A stretch of 64,000 nt of DNA from Eledone cirrhosa (lineage: Eukaryota): positions 93,744,001 through 93,808,000 of the forward strand of contig OZ024741.1 of assembly GCA_964016885.1 (NCBI GenBank). Reading direction: 5' to 3'. Each line of letters begins with the position of its first letter. Within the stretch, counting starts at the first letter, position 1. The notes under the pieces were generated by a model. That model saw only the letters and a list, made by a program, of their open reading frames with translations, did no database searches and was not told the DNA's origin. Made by a program: the position numbers and the translations under genes. Positions 1 to 12,670 of the stretch are shown piece by piece.

Positions 1-715
1 CAATAGTATTTACATACTCCTGCAGGTCAACCTGGACCTGCCAGTTTTGTGGGCTTCCTTGGCTTTAGTTAGTCTCAAGTTTCAGATAACTTGATGGTGA
101 TCGGTTGTCAGCTCAGCCCCTCTCTTAACACGAATATCCAGCACAGAATCAGATCGGAAACAATAACAAAATCAATCTGTCCATGATTCCTCTTATACCA
201 TGTATATTTATGAATGTCACTGTGCTGGAAGATGTTCATAATAGTCCAGTAAGGTCTCTCTATTCCTTCCAATCACTCATTTCCATGTGAGGTAGTCAAT
301 CCCAACATGTGCATTGAAGTCTCCCATCAGGATATGACTGTCATAACTACATCTAATGCTGCAGTGACTTCATCAAGGAAGGACCTGTATTCGGACTCCG
401 TGTTTGTGAAGTTTATGCACCAGAGATCTTTCAGCATAAGCTTAAAGAGGCAAATCCTCCCTTATAATACTATCCAGTCGATAACACTTTTTGGACATCC
501 GAGGGCTTGAGTATCCCCACTCCTGCCTGTCCAGTCATTTCTGGTTCTACACTTGAATAATGAAATTTCCCTCCAAATCTACAGTATCGGAACCATGGAA
601 CGTTAAGGAAACCCTGACTACGTGTAACCGGTAGCATCTAGCCTCCCCCACTAGTTCCTGCTCCTTAACTGTAAGGGTTGTGATGTTCCAGGCTCCAACT
701 GTTAAGGTTTTCTCC
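1..715 (-). mobile_element. Decayed non-LTR retrotransposon (RTE-like) apurinic endonuclease fragment
   Basis: Minus-strand translation gives APE motifs 'TLTVGAWNITTL', 'SFLDEVTAALD' and 'LMGDFNAHVG', interrupted by stops and frameshifts. Confidence 0.7.
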
Positions 716-1804
716 CCTCCTGTAATTTAATTATAATTTCAGTGCTCGAGCAATTAATTTTTCAGTCACCTGAACTTTAATTTCCTTAGTACACATCCAA
801 TGTGCTGACATTATAGTGATTACTGTATGATAAAACTGAATGGTATTTCATCCATTTAACCATAGATATTAGGTTAGGTTAAAGCTACTGGATTGGACCT
901 GATAATATCCAACCAGGTTTTGAGTTGTCCTATTCTGACACTTGTTGGGGATAAATGGTACCACTTAGTGCTTCAATTGATTGACAGCATATGTAGCCAA
1001 ACCGTCTGAGATGATACTGTTGAATGACTTGAGCGATGGGTTTGAAACTTTTTTCTGAATAGTCATAGTTCCGCATTTTAAGAATTTGACTGCAAAATGA
1101 CAAATGTAATTTCATTAAATAGTTCTCAACAATTTATGAAAAGAAATGATTCCTTTTTAATAATTTAGAAATAAATCTGTATTGGGATAAATAGTTTGAA
1201 GATATATGGTAAAATCCGGAATTTGAGGAACTGATAAAGGACTACATAAAGAATAGTAAAGGTATATTTAGAGTTGTGTAATAAACTTGGTTGCCAACTC
1301 TGGAATAGTTTTAAAGAGATTTTCTTTTATGCATTTTGTTGAATTTTCCCCAAACTATAGAAGTATATTTTTGAATTATTTAGATCAATCATTATTTAAC
1401 TTGGATGTATTATGGAGAATCTCGTGGATGAGTGCTGGAGGTGTTGGAGGGAAGATAGAAGTTAAGTCAGACATTGAATGAGTCTTGGTTGTCTCAGCCT
1501 CCACTCAAAGTTTGGCTTACTGCCAGCCAGCTTCACCAAAAATGATGTGGGTGAATTTTGCATGCCAACTAATTACAGCATTGAGTTAGGTGTTCTGATT
1601 AGTGTAAGGTTTGTGTAAGGTTTTTGCAAATCGCCTCTTCAACAGAAATAGGATTAGATAAAAATCAGGCATATTGTAGGCCAGCCTTACCAGGTTCTCT
1701 CAAGTAGTTTCTATTCACTGGGTGCTTTAGTTAGTGTGGCTAGGATCTACTGTATGGGTTGAAATCTGGGTCATATGATGTCTGTACAGTGGAGAACTAG
1801 CCTA

Positions 1805-2050
1805 GTCTCATGCCATCCTCATATGAGGGTTGGGAGTCCTGAATTTATGGACTAGCACTCTCCATCATGTCCTGTCTCTTGCCATTGCTGTACATTCCAC
1901 CAAACTCCTTCCTGTCCATTCCTTAATATCATCTGTCCATCTCTTTTTCTGCCGTCCCCTAGCCCTTTTCCATTATATTTGTCCCTCAAGGATGTGGGTT
2001 GTCAAATTTTGGGCCCTGATGACATGACCAAAATACTGAAGTTTCCTCTT
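1805..2050 (-). mobile_element. RTE-clade LINE 3' fragment (second copy at ~44230-44445)
   Basis: Minus strand reads 'LQYFGHVIRAQNLTTHILEG..RARGRQKKRWTDDIKE', the RTE C-terminal motif; a related copy lies at 44230-44445. Confidence 0.65.
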
Positions 2051-2828
2051 CCAGGACATTCATTTGTACTGTGAGCTCTCCAGCTAATTTTAAGTGCATG
2101 CCTATAGCATAACATTTCAAATGCACTGTCGTTTCAAGTCAGATGCCTTTAAAGTCCATGACTCACAACCATATAGAGTTTTGATTACTTTCTTTTTGGT
2201 GGACTTTGTAAGAGCTCTATCGTTTCAAAGGCTGCTGAAAACAGTGGAGAACATCGTTCTTAATTCCTTGCATTGTTTGTTTTTTTGTCTTCAATGGAGT
2301 ATTTATTGGATTTCTTTTTTCTTTTTTTGCATCCATTTCTTTAATATATAGAAATAATTATCTGCTATTTATAGTTGGATTATAGGAAAATTTAAATAAT
2401 TCTGCCAATGACTGCCACCATTGACTATTGCCTAAATCTCAGGGAACTTCTAGTTATGTTATTGTCAGTCTTGTAACTATTGTTCTACAGGGCATAGCAG
2501 AAAAAGTGTACTTTGAACTATGGGGTTAAATGGAATTTTTTAGTAATTTCTTTAGCCATTTCTTATACTTTACCATTTAGACATTTGCATCGTAATTAGG
2601 ATCTTATAGTACCTTTTATACAAGTTGCAGTGATGTTTTTAATACTATGTAACAATGCTAGACAATTATAAATCTAATTGCTATGGCCAAGTGATGTAGT
2701 TATTTTGTAAGGAAAGAGAAAGTGTTTGTCTGCTGCTTCACAATTCAACATGATACTCCTTTGGAGTTAGATGCATTGGGTCATAGGAGGTACTTCATTT
2801 GTGTTGCAAGATTTTGATATCCCTGTTA

Positions 2829-2996
2829 AATAATTGTTTCTACTTTTGGCACAAGGCCAGCAATTACCCAGTGCATTACTGGTACTTTATTTTATCGACC
2901 CCGTATGGATGAATGGCAAAGTTAATCTCGGCAGGATTTGAATTCGGATCGTAAAGGGACGTAACTATGCTAGAAAGCATGTCCAACCCTGCATAC
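2829..2996 (-). mobile_element. tRNA-derived SINE family A (Meta-domain-like core), 5'-truncated copy
   Basis: Matches the family consensus seen ~14 times in the window: on the minus strand a B-box-like element, core CTTTGCCTTTCATCC..GGGGTCGATAAAATAAAGTACC, and an (ATT)-type tail. Confidence 0.8.
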
Positions 2997-4004
2997 ATAT
3001 GAGATCTAATTTATTTTGCAAGATTTTGCTTACAAATCACTGTATATTCAGTTTACTTTGTTATACATTTTATCTGCACTTAGATGGAATTTTTTTTTTT
3101 TTTTTTTTTTTTTTTCTTCTTTCTTGTTTTTGTTTAATGGTGAAAGATATCCAGCTACTGAAATGTTTTCTTCTGGCTTTAATATAGCTTCTATATCATT
3201 GCCCCCCCCCCCCCCCCCTTTTTTTTTTAAAATCCTGTTTGTATTGATTGAAACAATCCAGATCTTGAAACCACCGAATTGACTGTTGAGTGAGTAGATA
3301 TTTAACAAACTGTAAGTTTCCAAGTAGTACATTTCTAACTGATTTGAATCTGGATTTAATGACTGAAGATATTTCATGGCACAGTTTTTTTGTTTTTTTT
3401 TAACTTGAATATTTTCATGTCTTTTTTTTTTTTTTATTTTTTTATTTTTTTTTTTTTACATTATAAAAGTTTGGGAGTAGTTTGAACAATTTTTTTTAAA
3501 TGCTTTTTTAAAATTCCAGCAAGTTGACGGTATGAATGTATGTATACCAAGTGTAGATGTATTTAGCAATGTATGAGTACGGTTGGATAAATTTCATAGA
3601 TGACCAGTAGTAGTGATTTGTTAATTCTCTAATTCTGATGATTTCAGCTGATCCAAATATATATAATGAAATAAATCAGATTATATTGTAGTTATGCCGT
3701 AAAAAGTTTAGCTGATGCAAATATCTTGTTCTGAGATCTCTACAAATATCTTAATCTAATGATGACTGCAAAAATATAGAATTTTTCAATGAAATTACAA
3801 TTGTGACCTAGTTTTTTTGCTTACTCTGAAGAAAATCTTGTGTAGTCACTCTCAATATAATGAATATATTCATTGTATTATTCTCACAAAACCTGTATTT
3901 TTATTTATAAGTAGAAACCTATGATTCATCTCATACATATTAACCTACAACTACTAGGATTTGAAAGTTTCATTCTTTTCTCACTTGAATATAGACTGGA
4001 AAGA

Positions 4005-4652
4005 AAAGGCTGGGTCGTTTCGGGGCGACCGAATCGGCACGATTGGTTACTCCGCCCGGGCGCGGTTTCTGAGGGGAGCTTTTTAAGTTGTCTTAAATTG
4101 CGAACCAATACGTTTCCTACCCGGGAATGCCTTGCGAGAGGTGGTTGCGGACAGAAGACCTGTAGAGCGGGTGTGGAGAGGATCGCCCATATCAGTGACC
4201 AGTGCCCAGCTATGCCGGCTGATTGCAGACGAGTGCACACGCCACGGTTGGAGGGTTGGCTGGGAGCCCTCGTATCGTGTGGACAATGCGAGGCTCATAC
4301 TGGATCTGGTAATGAGATGGGGGATGATGGTGGTTATAGATGTCAGTTAGATATGAGCAGGGCAGCGCCTTAAATGACGCCGCGGTGCAGAAGGTACGAA
4401 AGTACCTTCCGTTGACTGTTCTACTTGAAAAAGAAACAGGTGGGAGAGTCTTGGTTCATGGCTGTCCCATCGGAGCTTGTGGAGCATGGTCAAACGCGGC
4501 TGAGGAGGCGTTGCCTGCTCTGGGGATCGCGGATGATGCGTTTAGGAGGCTTCTATGCCGTCAGGCGAGGCTGTCGATGCTAGATATGGTGGAGTGAGGG
4601 CTGACTGATGCCGGCGTGTCAGCGCACACGAGATATGGGGGGGGTCTCTGGA
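4005..4652 (+). mobile_element. R2-clade retrotransposon 3' segment (CCHC knuckle + restriction-like endonuclease), inverted relative to the RT part
   Basis: Plus-strand frames give 'DWLLRPG..CLKLRTNTFPTRECLARG..CRAGVERIAHISDQCP', 'GWRVGWEP..LDLV..VVIDVSVRYE..AAVQKVRKYLPL' and 'GCPIGACGAW..ALGI'; frameshifted. Confidence 0.8.
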
Positions 4653-6640
4653 TGCGACCGCATGTCCCCCAAACCGTGGCTGCCTGCCGTCTAATCCCCG
4701 GTCTTCTGTTTGAACCCTTGCCGGATCCGGGGTGATTGCCTCAGGTTTTTTTTTTAGCGAAGCCAGCAGATTCGGCCATGAGGCGAACCGCGTCGTAACG
4801 AGTCAAGCAGACAAAGATTCTTTCAAATCACGATGGTCGGAATCATCTTCGCCAGTTGGCAAAGGTTCAACCCACCATCTCGTCTGCTGCTATAGAGAAA
4901 GGAAACAGGCCGATTCATGCAAATGCATTATCCTCCGGGCTGGCAGCACCTGCGATAAAGTGTAAAACAATCTAGGCAGGTAATATTGCTGCATAAGATG
5001 GAATTTCTGCCGGGATTTCAGTGGAGCGCAGCAAATATTATTGATACACTGCGACACCTGCTCCACCGAAACATTCATCTCGAGGCTCGACCACGGGCCG
5101 ACTTTGACGCCAAGGTAGGAACATTTCTCTGCAGGATCGATCCTCAAGAGCTGAAAACTCGATCTCGGGAGCGGAGTCCGTGTTGACCAAAAAAGACTTC
5201 CCCCACGCTTTTATCGAGAACGTGGGGCATTTGGAGACATTCACAGCTAGACTTACCTCCCGGTAGAAAGACACGCATCTGTCAACTAGACGCTGCATCT
5301 CCACCGAAAAGCCGGCCACTAGCGCATTATTATCTGCGTACGCCAGGCTCGATAATCCCACATCTCCAATCTGTAAGCCACAGTTGATAGAAAGAGCGTC
5401 CATCAATGAGTCTGTGGCTATATTGAAAAGAATGGGCGAGAGAGCGTCCACTTGCTGGACTCCTCGCCTGATCTCGATAGCTCTGCTCATTTCCGCTCCG
5501 ACCGAGAATTTTGTGACGCAGCCATCATACAGACCTTTCAAGACATCGACCAAATGTTCGTGGAAGCCAAGCCTTCTCATGCCCGCAATCACAAGTGAGT
5601 GCGGAACCATATCAAAATCCTTGGCGAGATCTAAGAAGGCTGAATCCTCGATCGAGCTGGTTCCCCATACTGCGTCCGAGAAGCTGTCGCAGCAAGAACA
5701 AGTTCTCACTGCAACCGTCCGCATTTATAAAACGCCTTTGGGCAGGGTTTAGGGGTGTTACCTGAAACATTCTTTTGGAGAGAATCTTGGTGTATAGACG
5801 ATCCATAGCAGAACATATCGTCAAGGGTCTCCAATTGGAATGATCTTGCGGGCCGGCCACATTCTTACGAATCGGGACTGATCTTCCAAGTTTCAAGATA
5901 TCGGGTATTCTGCCGACCAGCAACATACAGTTGAATAGTTCACGAGAGTTGCAGGGTCTATTGCGCGGACCTGTCGGGGCGTGACTTCGTCAGGGCCCGG
6001 AGCCGAATGTGAACCCATACACCTGCGTGCACCTACCTCAAACATGGTGAATGGACGCAAAAGTGGCACGTTGATCACCAGTTCCGCTGCAGGATACGCG
6101 CTAAGATACACATCCGGTCCCGGGACGGAAAACCTGTCCGCATAGGCCGACTCGATGTCTGCCATCGGGACAGGACACACCCCCTGCTTCTTCTCCCCTC
6201 CCCTAAAATCACCATAAGGAGCTTCTTCCTATCGCGGTCATATAAAAACTGGTAGCGAACGTAGAGCGCTCTCTTTTCACTCTTTCCACCAGTTTTCTTA
6301 TAGGGCCTTTTAAGTTTACTCTTTTTCCCGGATTTAGCACGCCTCCTGCTCGAGGACATGCTCTCTAACCATCCATCGACACACTCAGCAAATACAGCGG
6401 CCCAGCGAGAGCGACCTGGCTCCACCGCATCGCCGAACGAGTTCCTCCAATCAGAATTGGAGGCAACCGGGTTGATCATTCACCTGGCTAGGCGGTTGCA
6501 CATCTGCCGATTTGCTTGTACGAGTAGGGGACCGTTTAGTGTTTGTTTTTGTTCAGATCGCTCTTTTTAGAACTGTTTTGCGGTCTTTCCAGGCAGGAAA
6601 GGAGCGATCTCTATATTGACACGACGGCATCCCGCTCTAA
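4653..6640 (-). mobile_element. R2-clade retrotransposon 5'/central segment (Myb-like motif, RT, thumb), decayed
   Basis: Minus-strand frames in order: 'NIEIAPFLPGKTAKQ' (Myb-like), 'YVRYQFLYDRDRKKL', 'SAPGPDEVT', 'NWRPLTICS', 'AFLDLAKDFDMVPH', 'RGVQQVDALSPILF', 'LAYADNNAL', 'YLGVKV', 'RDGGLNL'. Confidence 0.85.
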
Positions 6641-6719
6641 GAAGCACAACATTAGCGACCCTGGAGGTCGTTAAAGTGGAACGGGATAAATAATATAAGG
6701 GCAGTCGACGGCAGGGAGA

Positions 6720-9157
6720 TTAGATGCAGAGGTAGCAGCAAGGTGAAGATGGTGGTATGGGGGAAGAAAAATTAGGCTCCGGGCAATCATATTGACCATG
6801 TAGTGGACGGAAGCGATGTAGTAATGGGCATGGATGTGATTGGCGGCTTAGGAGGCATTAGAGTGAGTGTGAAGGGAGAATCCACGAAGAAAACACCATA
6901 CAGGACAAGGATTTCAGGGCTGTGTTTGACGGGCAGCAGTGGGTAGTTAAGTGGTACTGGAAGGGAGATTCGCCGATGCTGAAGAATAGTGGGCTGCTAT
7001 CAGCATACCCTGACAGGAGATGCCAGAAGCGAATTTGAGGGAGAGATGGATGGATCGAGGAGGGCATACCGATTCCTTGGAAGGAGGAGGTAAAGTGTGG
7101 AGTGTTGTCGTTAATGGCAGTGGTGCAGCCACCAAAGAACAAGGTCAGACCGGTGTTGGACTTTCATGAGCTGAACGAACATGTCGTGCCAGACAGGTGG
7201 TGAGGTCATGGATGTTTGCGGGGAAACCTTGCGAGAGTGGAGACAAATGACAGGAGGCCTCCACGATTGTCGACTTAGTCGCCATGTCTACAGCTTCACA
7301 TAGATGAGAAGCTGTGGAAATATCAGCTGGTCAGGTATAAGGGCCAGACATACTTCCTGACCAAGCTTGGATTCGGGTTGAACTCTGCACCAAAAATCAT
7401 GGCGATGGCCCTGAAGGCTATTCTGGAAAAAGCATACAAGGTGAAGAGGGCCACCGACACCTACATCACGAGATGGTGGTGTCAGCAGCAGCAGTCTCAA
7501 GCCATTTGGGAAGGTTCGGGCTGACCGCAAAACCGTCAGTGGCGATGGAAGGAGCCGCCGTGCTAGGACTCAAGCTGCAAAGAGACAAGATGGGCACACT
7601 GGTGTGTTGAAGTCTCGGAACTGGGACTTGACATAATTAGATGGAACTCTTCTCAATGTTTGGTAAATTGGTGGGCCACTATCTGATCACAGGCAAGCTC
7701 AGGACGGCATGCAGCTATGTCAAGAGACGATCAGACGGGGTGAGCTGGGGTGACAGGGTTGGAGAGAGGACAGTAACCATGGTGCAGGAGATTGTGGGGA
7801 TGGTAGAGGTGGATGAACTACTGAGAAGACGCTGGTACGTCCGCAAATCGGAGAGCGGGACCATATAGTGTGATGCCAGCTGCATAGCACTAGGGTCACT
7901 CTGGAGATAGCGGGTGTCGAGGACGCAACCTGGCCCAGGCAGGAGGAGGACTGTAACCACATCAATGTAGCCAAACTGGGTGCTGTGCTGAGAGGGGTCT
8001 GTGCACCATAGAGATTCGCACTGACTCAGCCACTGTACTCGCATGGGTGAGATCAGTGCTTACCAATGAGAAGAGGGTGCGAATGGGGAGGGCAGCAGAA
8101 ATGATAAAGCGCCACCAGAGAACTCTGGGAGAGCTGTCCACCGAGTTTGGCCTGAAGTTGTGTGAATTTTATACCCTCAGAGAAAAACAGGGCAGACATT
8201 AACCAGGGTGAAGAAAACCTGGAAGTGCCAGAGGACGCAGAGAAGAGGATAGCTGCAGTGTGTTGGCTGAGTGACATGGAGTTGAGGGGATTGCATGCCA
8301 TGCACCACATGGGAATGGATAGGACCCTGTTCCTAGCCAGAAGAATCGACTCCGTTAGCAGACAGTGTCCAGAGAGTGGTTGGAGGCTGCAACAGATGTC
8401 AGTCTATCGAGATCTGCCCAACTGGAAGCGATTGGTGGTGGATGTGGCACACTACCCACAAGGGACGTTCTCTCAATGGTCGATTGTGGGCCAGGACGAA
8501 TGGTGATATGGAGGGAAATGAAGACGGGGGCTGCAGAGGAAATTGCGCGGCCGCTGAGAGATATTCATGGAGCAGGGCCCTGTGGATGAACTGCTGATGG
8601 ACAACAGCACACTGTTTCATTCAGAAGTGCTGAGAGAAATGCTTGACAAGTAGAATGTGAACTGCTTCTTCAGAGCAGCATACAGACTGTGGAAATGGGA
8701 TCATGGAGAGACACCATCGCACAATCAAGACCATGGCGGAAAGGGGGCACATTTGGCCAATGGAGATGGTGTTCTGGTACATGTCTCCTCGGGTGGGACA
8801 GGACGAGGGGTTTATGCCACACAGGACAATATACAGATACGAATGACGGTACCACAGCAGCTGGTGGAGAGAGAGAATTCATTCGTACTAGTGGGCAAAG
8901 AGGTATGGGTCAAGCCCCCCGAATGCGCATTGCACATCTCAATGGGAAAATGGAATGGTAACGGCTGCAAATTCCAAAAACAAAGTCTCTGGAGGGAATG
9001 CCACGGCACGTCTTGGACATCTGTAGTCGTTGTCGTGATGGACTCCGAGGGAGAGGAAAATGAAAGCGCTACTCCAACAGTGCGGAGATCGTAACGGAAC
9101 CGCCGACCACCCAGGTGGATGGCGGATTTTGACATGGAACAATGTGATGGGGGATTG
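6720..9157 (+). mobile_element. Decayed LTR retrotransposon pol (Gypsy-type order PR-RT-RH-IN), LTRs not seen
   Basis: Frames give 'DVVMGMDVI' (PR end), 'KVRPVLDFHELN', 'LTKLGFGLNSAPKIM' (RT), 'CDASCIALG' and 'TDSATV' (RNase H), 'HAMHHMG..CNRCQS', 'ELLMDNST' and 'NGIMERHHRTIK' (IN); purine tract GATGGGGGA near 9146. Confidence 0.8.
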
Positions 9158-9167
9158 ATCCTTGAGA

Positions 9168-12100
9168 TCAGTGGGGCATGTGGAGCTGCCAGTACATTCT
9201 CACCAAGTTTTCAATATCTCGGTCCATAGATGGCCAATAGACATAACTCCTCCTAAGTGCTTTCATCCTTACCATTCCTGGATGTCTGCTGGGAAATTGT
9301 TGCAATACACCTTTTTGTAATGGTGTTGGAACCACCACTCTTTGGGCATACATCAGAATATCGTCGCAAATTGAAAAAGTACTGGCATTGGAATTTTCAT
9401 TCTGTTTGTTTTAAAGCTTCTTTCATTTTCGTAATATACTCGACACCTACAGCTTTGATTCTTATATCCTGTGCAGTCACTGGTAGTTCTTGGGTAATGT
9501 TCGTCATAACACTTTTAATTTCCCATTCTGCCTGCAGTGCGGCTATAACAGTCTCTTCTAGTGGTTCCATAATTTTTGGAATTAATCTCGAAAGGCAGTC
9601 CGAATGATCGATTGCTTTTTTTTTTTCTTTTTTTTTTTTGCTTTTTTTTTTTCCCTCCGATGGAATGTATTGCATTTTGAAATTATAATTTAGTAATATT
9701 ACACTGGAAACATTGCAGGTAGTTCGCAGTACGAATTGGTAAACCTTTTTTAGACCCATAAATCGACAGCAAAGGTCTATGGTCTGTTTGCAATAAAAAA
9801 AAAAAAAATTCTGCCATGCAGAAACCTGTGAAATGTTTTAACTGCAAAAATAATTGCTAGGTGTTCCTTTTCAATTTGACTATATCTCTTCTCTGCCGCT
9901 ATTAGTGGTGCGACACATGAACCATTGGTTTTGTACTTCCGTCTTCGTATTTATGAAGTAGAACTGCACCTAATCCGTATTCGGAAGCATCAGACGCTAC
10001 AATGATGTCCATTTCGGGATCGTAATGTGCTAACGATAGGTTTAAAATTAGAATTTTTTTTATTTCTTCAAAAGTGTTCTGGCATTTAGTAGACCAATTC
10101 CACTTTACTTCTTTTTTTAATAAATCGTTTAATGGAGCTCTTAGCTTGTGCATATTAGGAATGTAGCTTTGATAATAGTTTGCCAACCCAAGAAATGCTT
10201 GTAATGTTGGAATATTTGCCCATGCAGGCATATTGCGTCTGCCCTCGACGGGTCAGGACGTCTACCAATTTTTATCAATTATTTGCCCGAAGTACTTAAT
10301 TTGGGGCAAAAAGAATTCGTTTCTTCGCTCAAAGTGAACACGAAAACTTTAATTTTCTTAAACAGCTTTTATGTGTTCCAGATACTGTTCACAAGAACTA
10401 CTCTTGATCAAAATATCGTCCAAGTATGAGATTGCAAATTCACAATCAGATAACATAGTATCCATGATTTGCTGGAATATTGTTGGTGCCACTTTTAATC
10501 CAAAAGGTAATTGTGTGTATCTGTATAATCCTCTGTGTGTATTTGTCAAATACTTTGAGCATTTTTCATTTACGTTTCCCTGTAAATAGGCTTCCGACTT
10601 TTCGAAGTTAAATGGTGATAGTTTCCACCATTTAACTTCGAAAAAAAACGTCCTCTGCAGTCGGAAGTGGATGGTAGTATGTTTTTAAGCAGTCGTTCAA
10701 TCCTGTAGAGAAATAAGCACACAGCCTAATCTTTTTTTTTTTTTTTTTAATACATATCTTCACAGCTAACTCAACTTCTCATCTTTGTAAATAAATTATA
10801 TATAAAAAAACGTAATGCCTTATGGTGATATTTGCCACAACATTCCCTTTGACTGCTTGGGTTACTCTCTGTGATACAATACACAAACAATACATACATT
10901 CTCAACAATACATACAGCATATCGTCTATTAACTCTCTCAATTAACTCACAACTAAATACTCATTCTAAATTGGTGAACATCCACAAAAATACCTATTTC
11001 TAAACAGTAAAGATTTATGGGGAGGTGTGTAACGAAATATTATGTGTGGTTGCAACGATAAGTGGATGGATGGATGGATGGATGGATGTAACTGTTGGTA
11101 TGGTGGTTTCGATGTAAAGAAAAATACCAGGATTGTGTTGTTACAAAGTTTATTTTATTATAACAAGATTCAATTTGAATATTGAATGATAAAATCAATA
11201 ACACAAAATATTCATACAATAATTTGGTGGCTCTTCGAGCCACGTAAATTCAAGTATCACAGAATACGATTATAATATAATTTGTACTGTATCAGAAAGG
11301 TACAATATGTGTAAACAGAAATGAATGGCGAGTTCAGTATATTTACTTATTTATATTGCAGGAGTCAGCGATCAGCCAGGAAGGTGAGAATAAGTGGCAG
11401 ACTGGTTTTTCGTGACGAGAGCTTGTAAATGCGACTTGTCTTGTCTGTATATCACTTCTTTTCTATTCGGGGCGTAAACAATCCCTGTATTTATAAGAGT
11501 TGAAGTTAGGATAGATATATCCTCTGAACTTTGGTTAGTCTCCCAAGGGATTAGTTTGCCAAGCGTAATCAAGTCAGAAAGATGGATATATCCTATTTTC
11601 TGTGTTTCGCCTCTCCCAAGGGGTTAGTCTCTTGAGCGTAAACAAGTTACCACGGCTTGTCCCAGAGGCGGGAAAGCTCGGATTCGGTTTCGAATCTTCG
11701 CCGCCGTTATAGGTGCTATAACTTGAATAGTTCCAACCAATCTGTGCCAAACAGATTGATTGTATTATCCACAATGAATAATTTTGCTTCGTGCCTCTCT
11801 CCACGAAATGCGACATTGATACACGTTTTGCCCAAGAAATGTAATTTATCACCCGTTACATCACGCGCTACTTTCGCTGTTTTACGTAATCTCGGTTTAC
11901 CAATTTTGTTCCAAGTATCCGCATTTATAATCGAGATATCTCTACCTGTGTCTAACTGTAATGTGGTATTGATATTTATTTTTACGTGCACGAATTTTCT
12001 TCTTCCGTTGTAATCACTCTCCGCTGAAAACATCTTAGAACTTTTTGTGTTTGAGCCTCGTAGTCTTGTTCTACAGTGAGAACTCCTGTGTCCCAGCTTC

Positions 12101-12670
12101 TGACAACTATAGCATTTTTGGTATTTAAATGGACAATCCTTTGTATAGTGTAGGCCTCCACAACCATAGCACAGATTGGGGCCTGACATTTTTTAAAATT
12201 ATTATTGTGCTTCTCGGGACGACACATTTGAATTTTTGCAGTCTTTATCTTGTATTTTTTCACATGTTTAAGATTTACCATAGTCTGACACTCTTCTGCG
12301 ATGGTCCTTAGAGATAAATCTTGGTTTGCTTGCTCTATTTTCGAGAGAATCCTTGCTCGAATTTCTTTATTTTCAGATATCCTGAGTGAGATCCTGGAGT
12401 TTGAAATGTTTACATATACGCTTGGCTACTCTGGCGTAGGTGATAAAATCCTCTTCATTTTTTGTTAAGTTCCAACACTTCATTCTGGTCTTAAATAATG
12501 GACTTCTATCAGAAACATTTTTTGAAAGCAATTCCGCAGTTTCTTGGAAACTATTCTGCCCCAAAAGTCGTGAGATTAAAGTTACAGTAACGTTCATGTT
12601 TGGCAGGAGCTTGCGTAGTAAAAGCCTTACTAGGGAGGGAGATATCAGACAGTAAGATTTCCCCAATTTC
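9168..12670 (-). mobile_element. Decayed Gypsy (K02A2.6-like) LTR retrotransposon gag-pol, interrupted at ~10730-11715
   Basis: ORF track: zinc knuckles 'CYGCGGLH..C' and 'CYSCQKLGHRSSHC', protease 'LQLDTG', RT 'QLPFGLKVAPTIFQ..YLDDILI', RNase H 'VASDASEYGLGAVL', integrase start 'HPGMVRMKAL..YVYWPSMDRDIE'. Confidence 0.9.
11136..11720 (-). mobile_element. Candidate solo LTR inserted in the Gypsy pol
   Basis: Minus strand begins TATAGCACC (possibly a decayed TG start), contains TATAAATA (~11488-11495) and AATAAA (~11155), and ends ..CAACA; internal ~70-80 bp imperfect duplication (11510-11650); no clean TSD. Confidence 0.35.

Noticed and set aside
869-881. TTAGG repeats suggesting telomeric sequence
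   Set aside because: Only about two units; expected by chance.
2999-3460. ORFs with poly-F/K/P/G runs
   Set aside because: Produced by long homopolymers (also at 33514, 35761, 9616); slippage or sequencing error, not coding.
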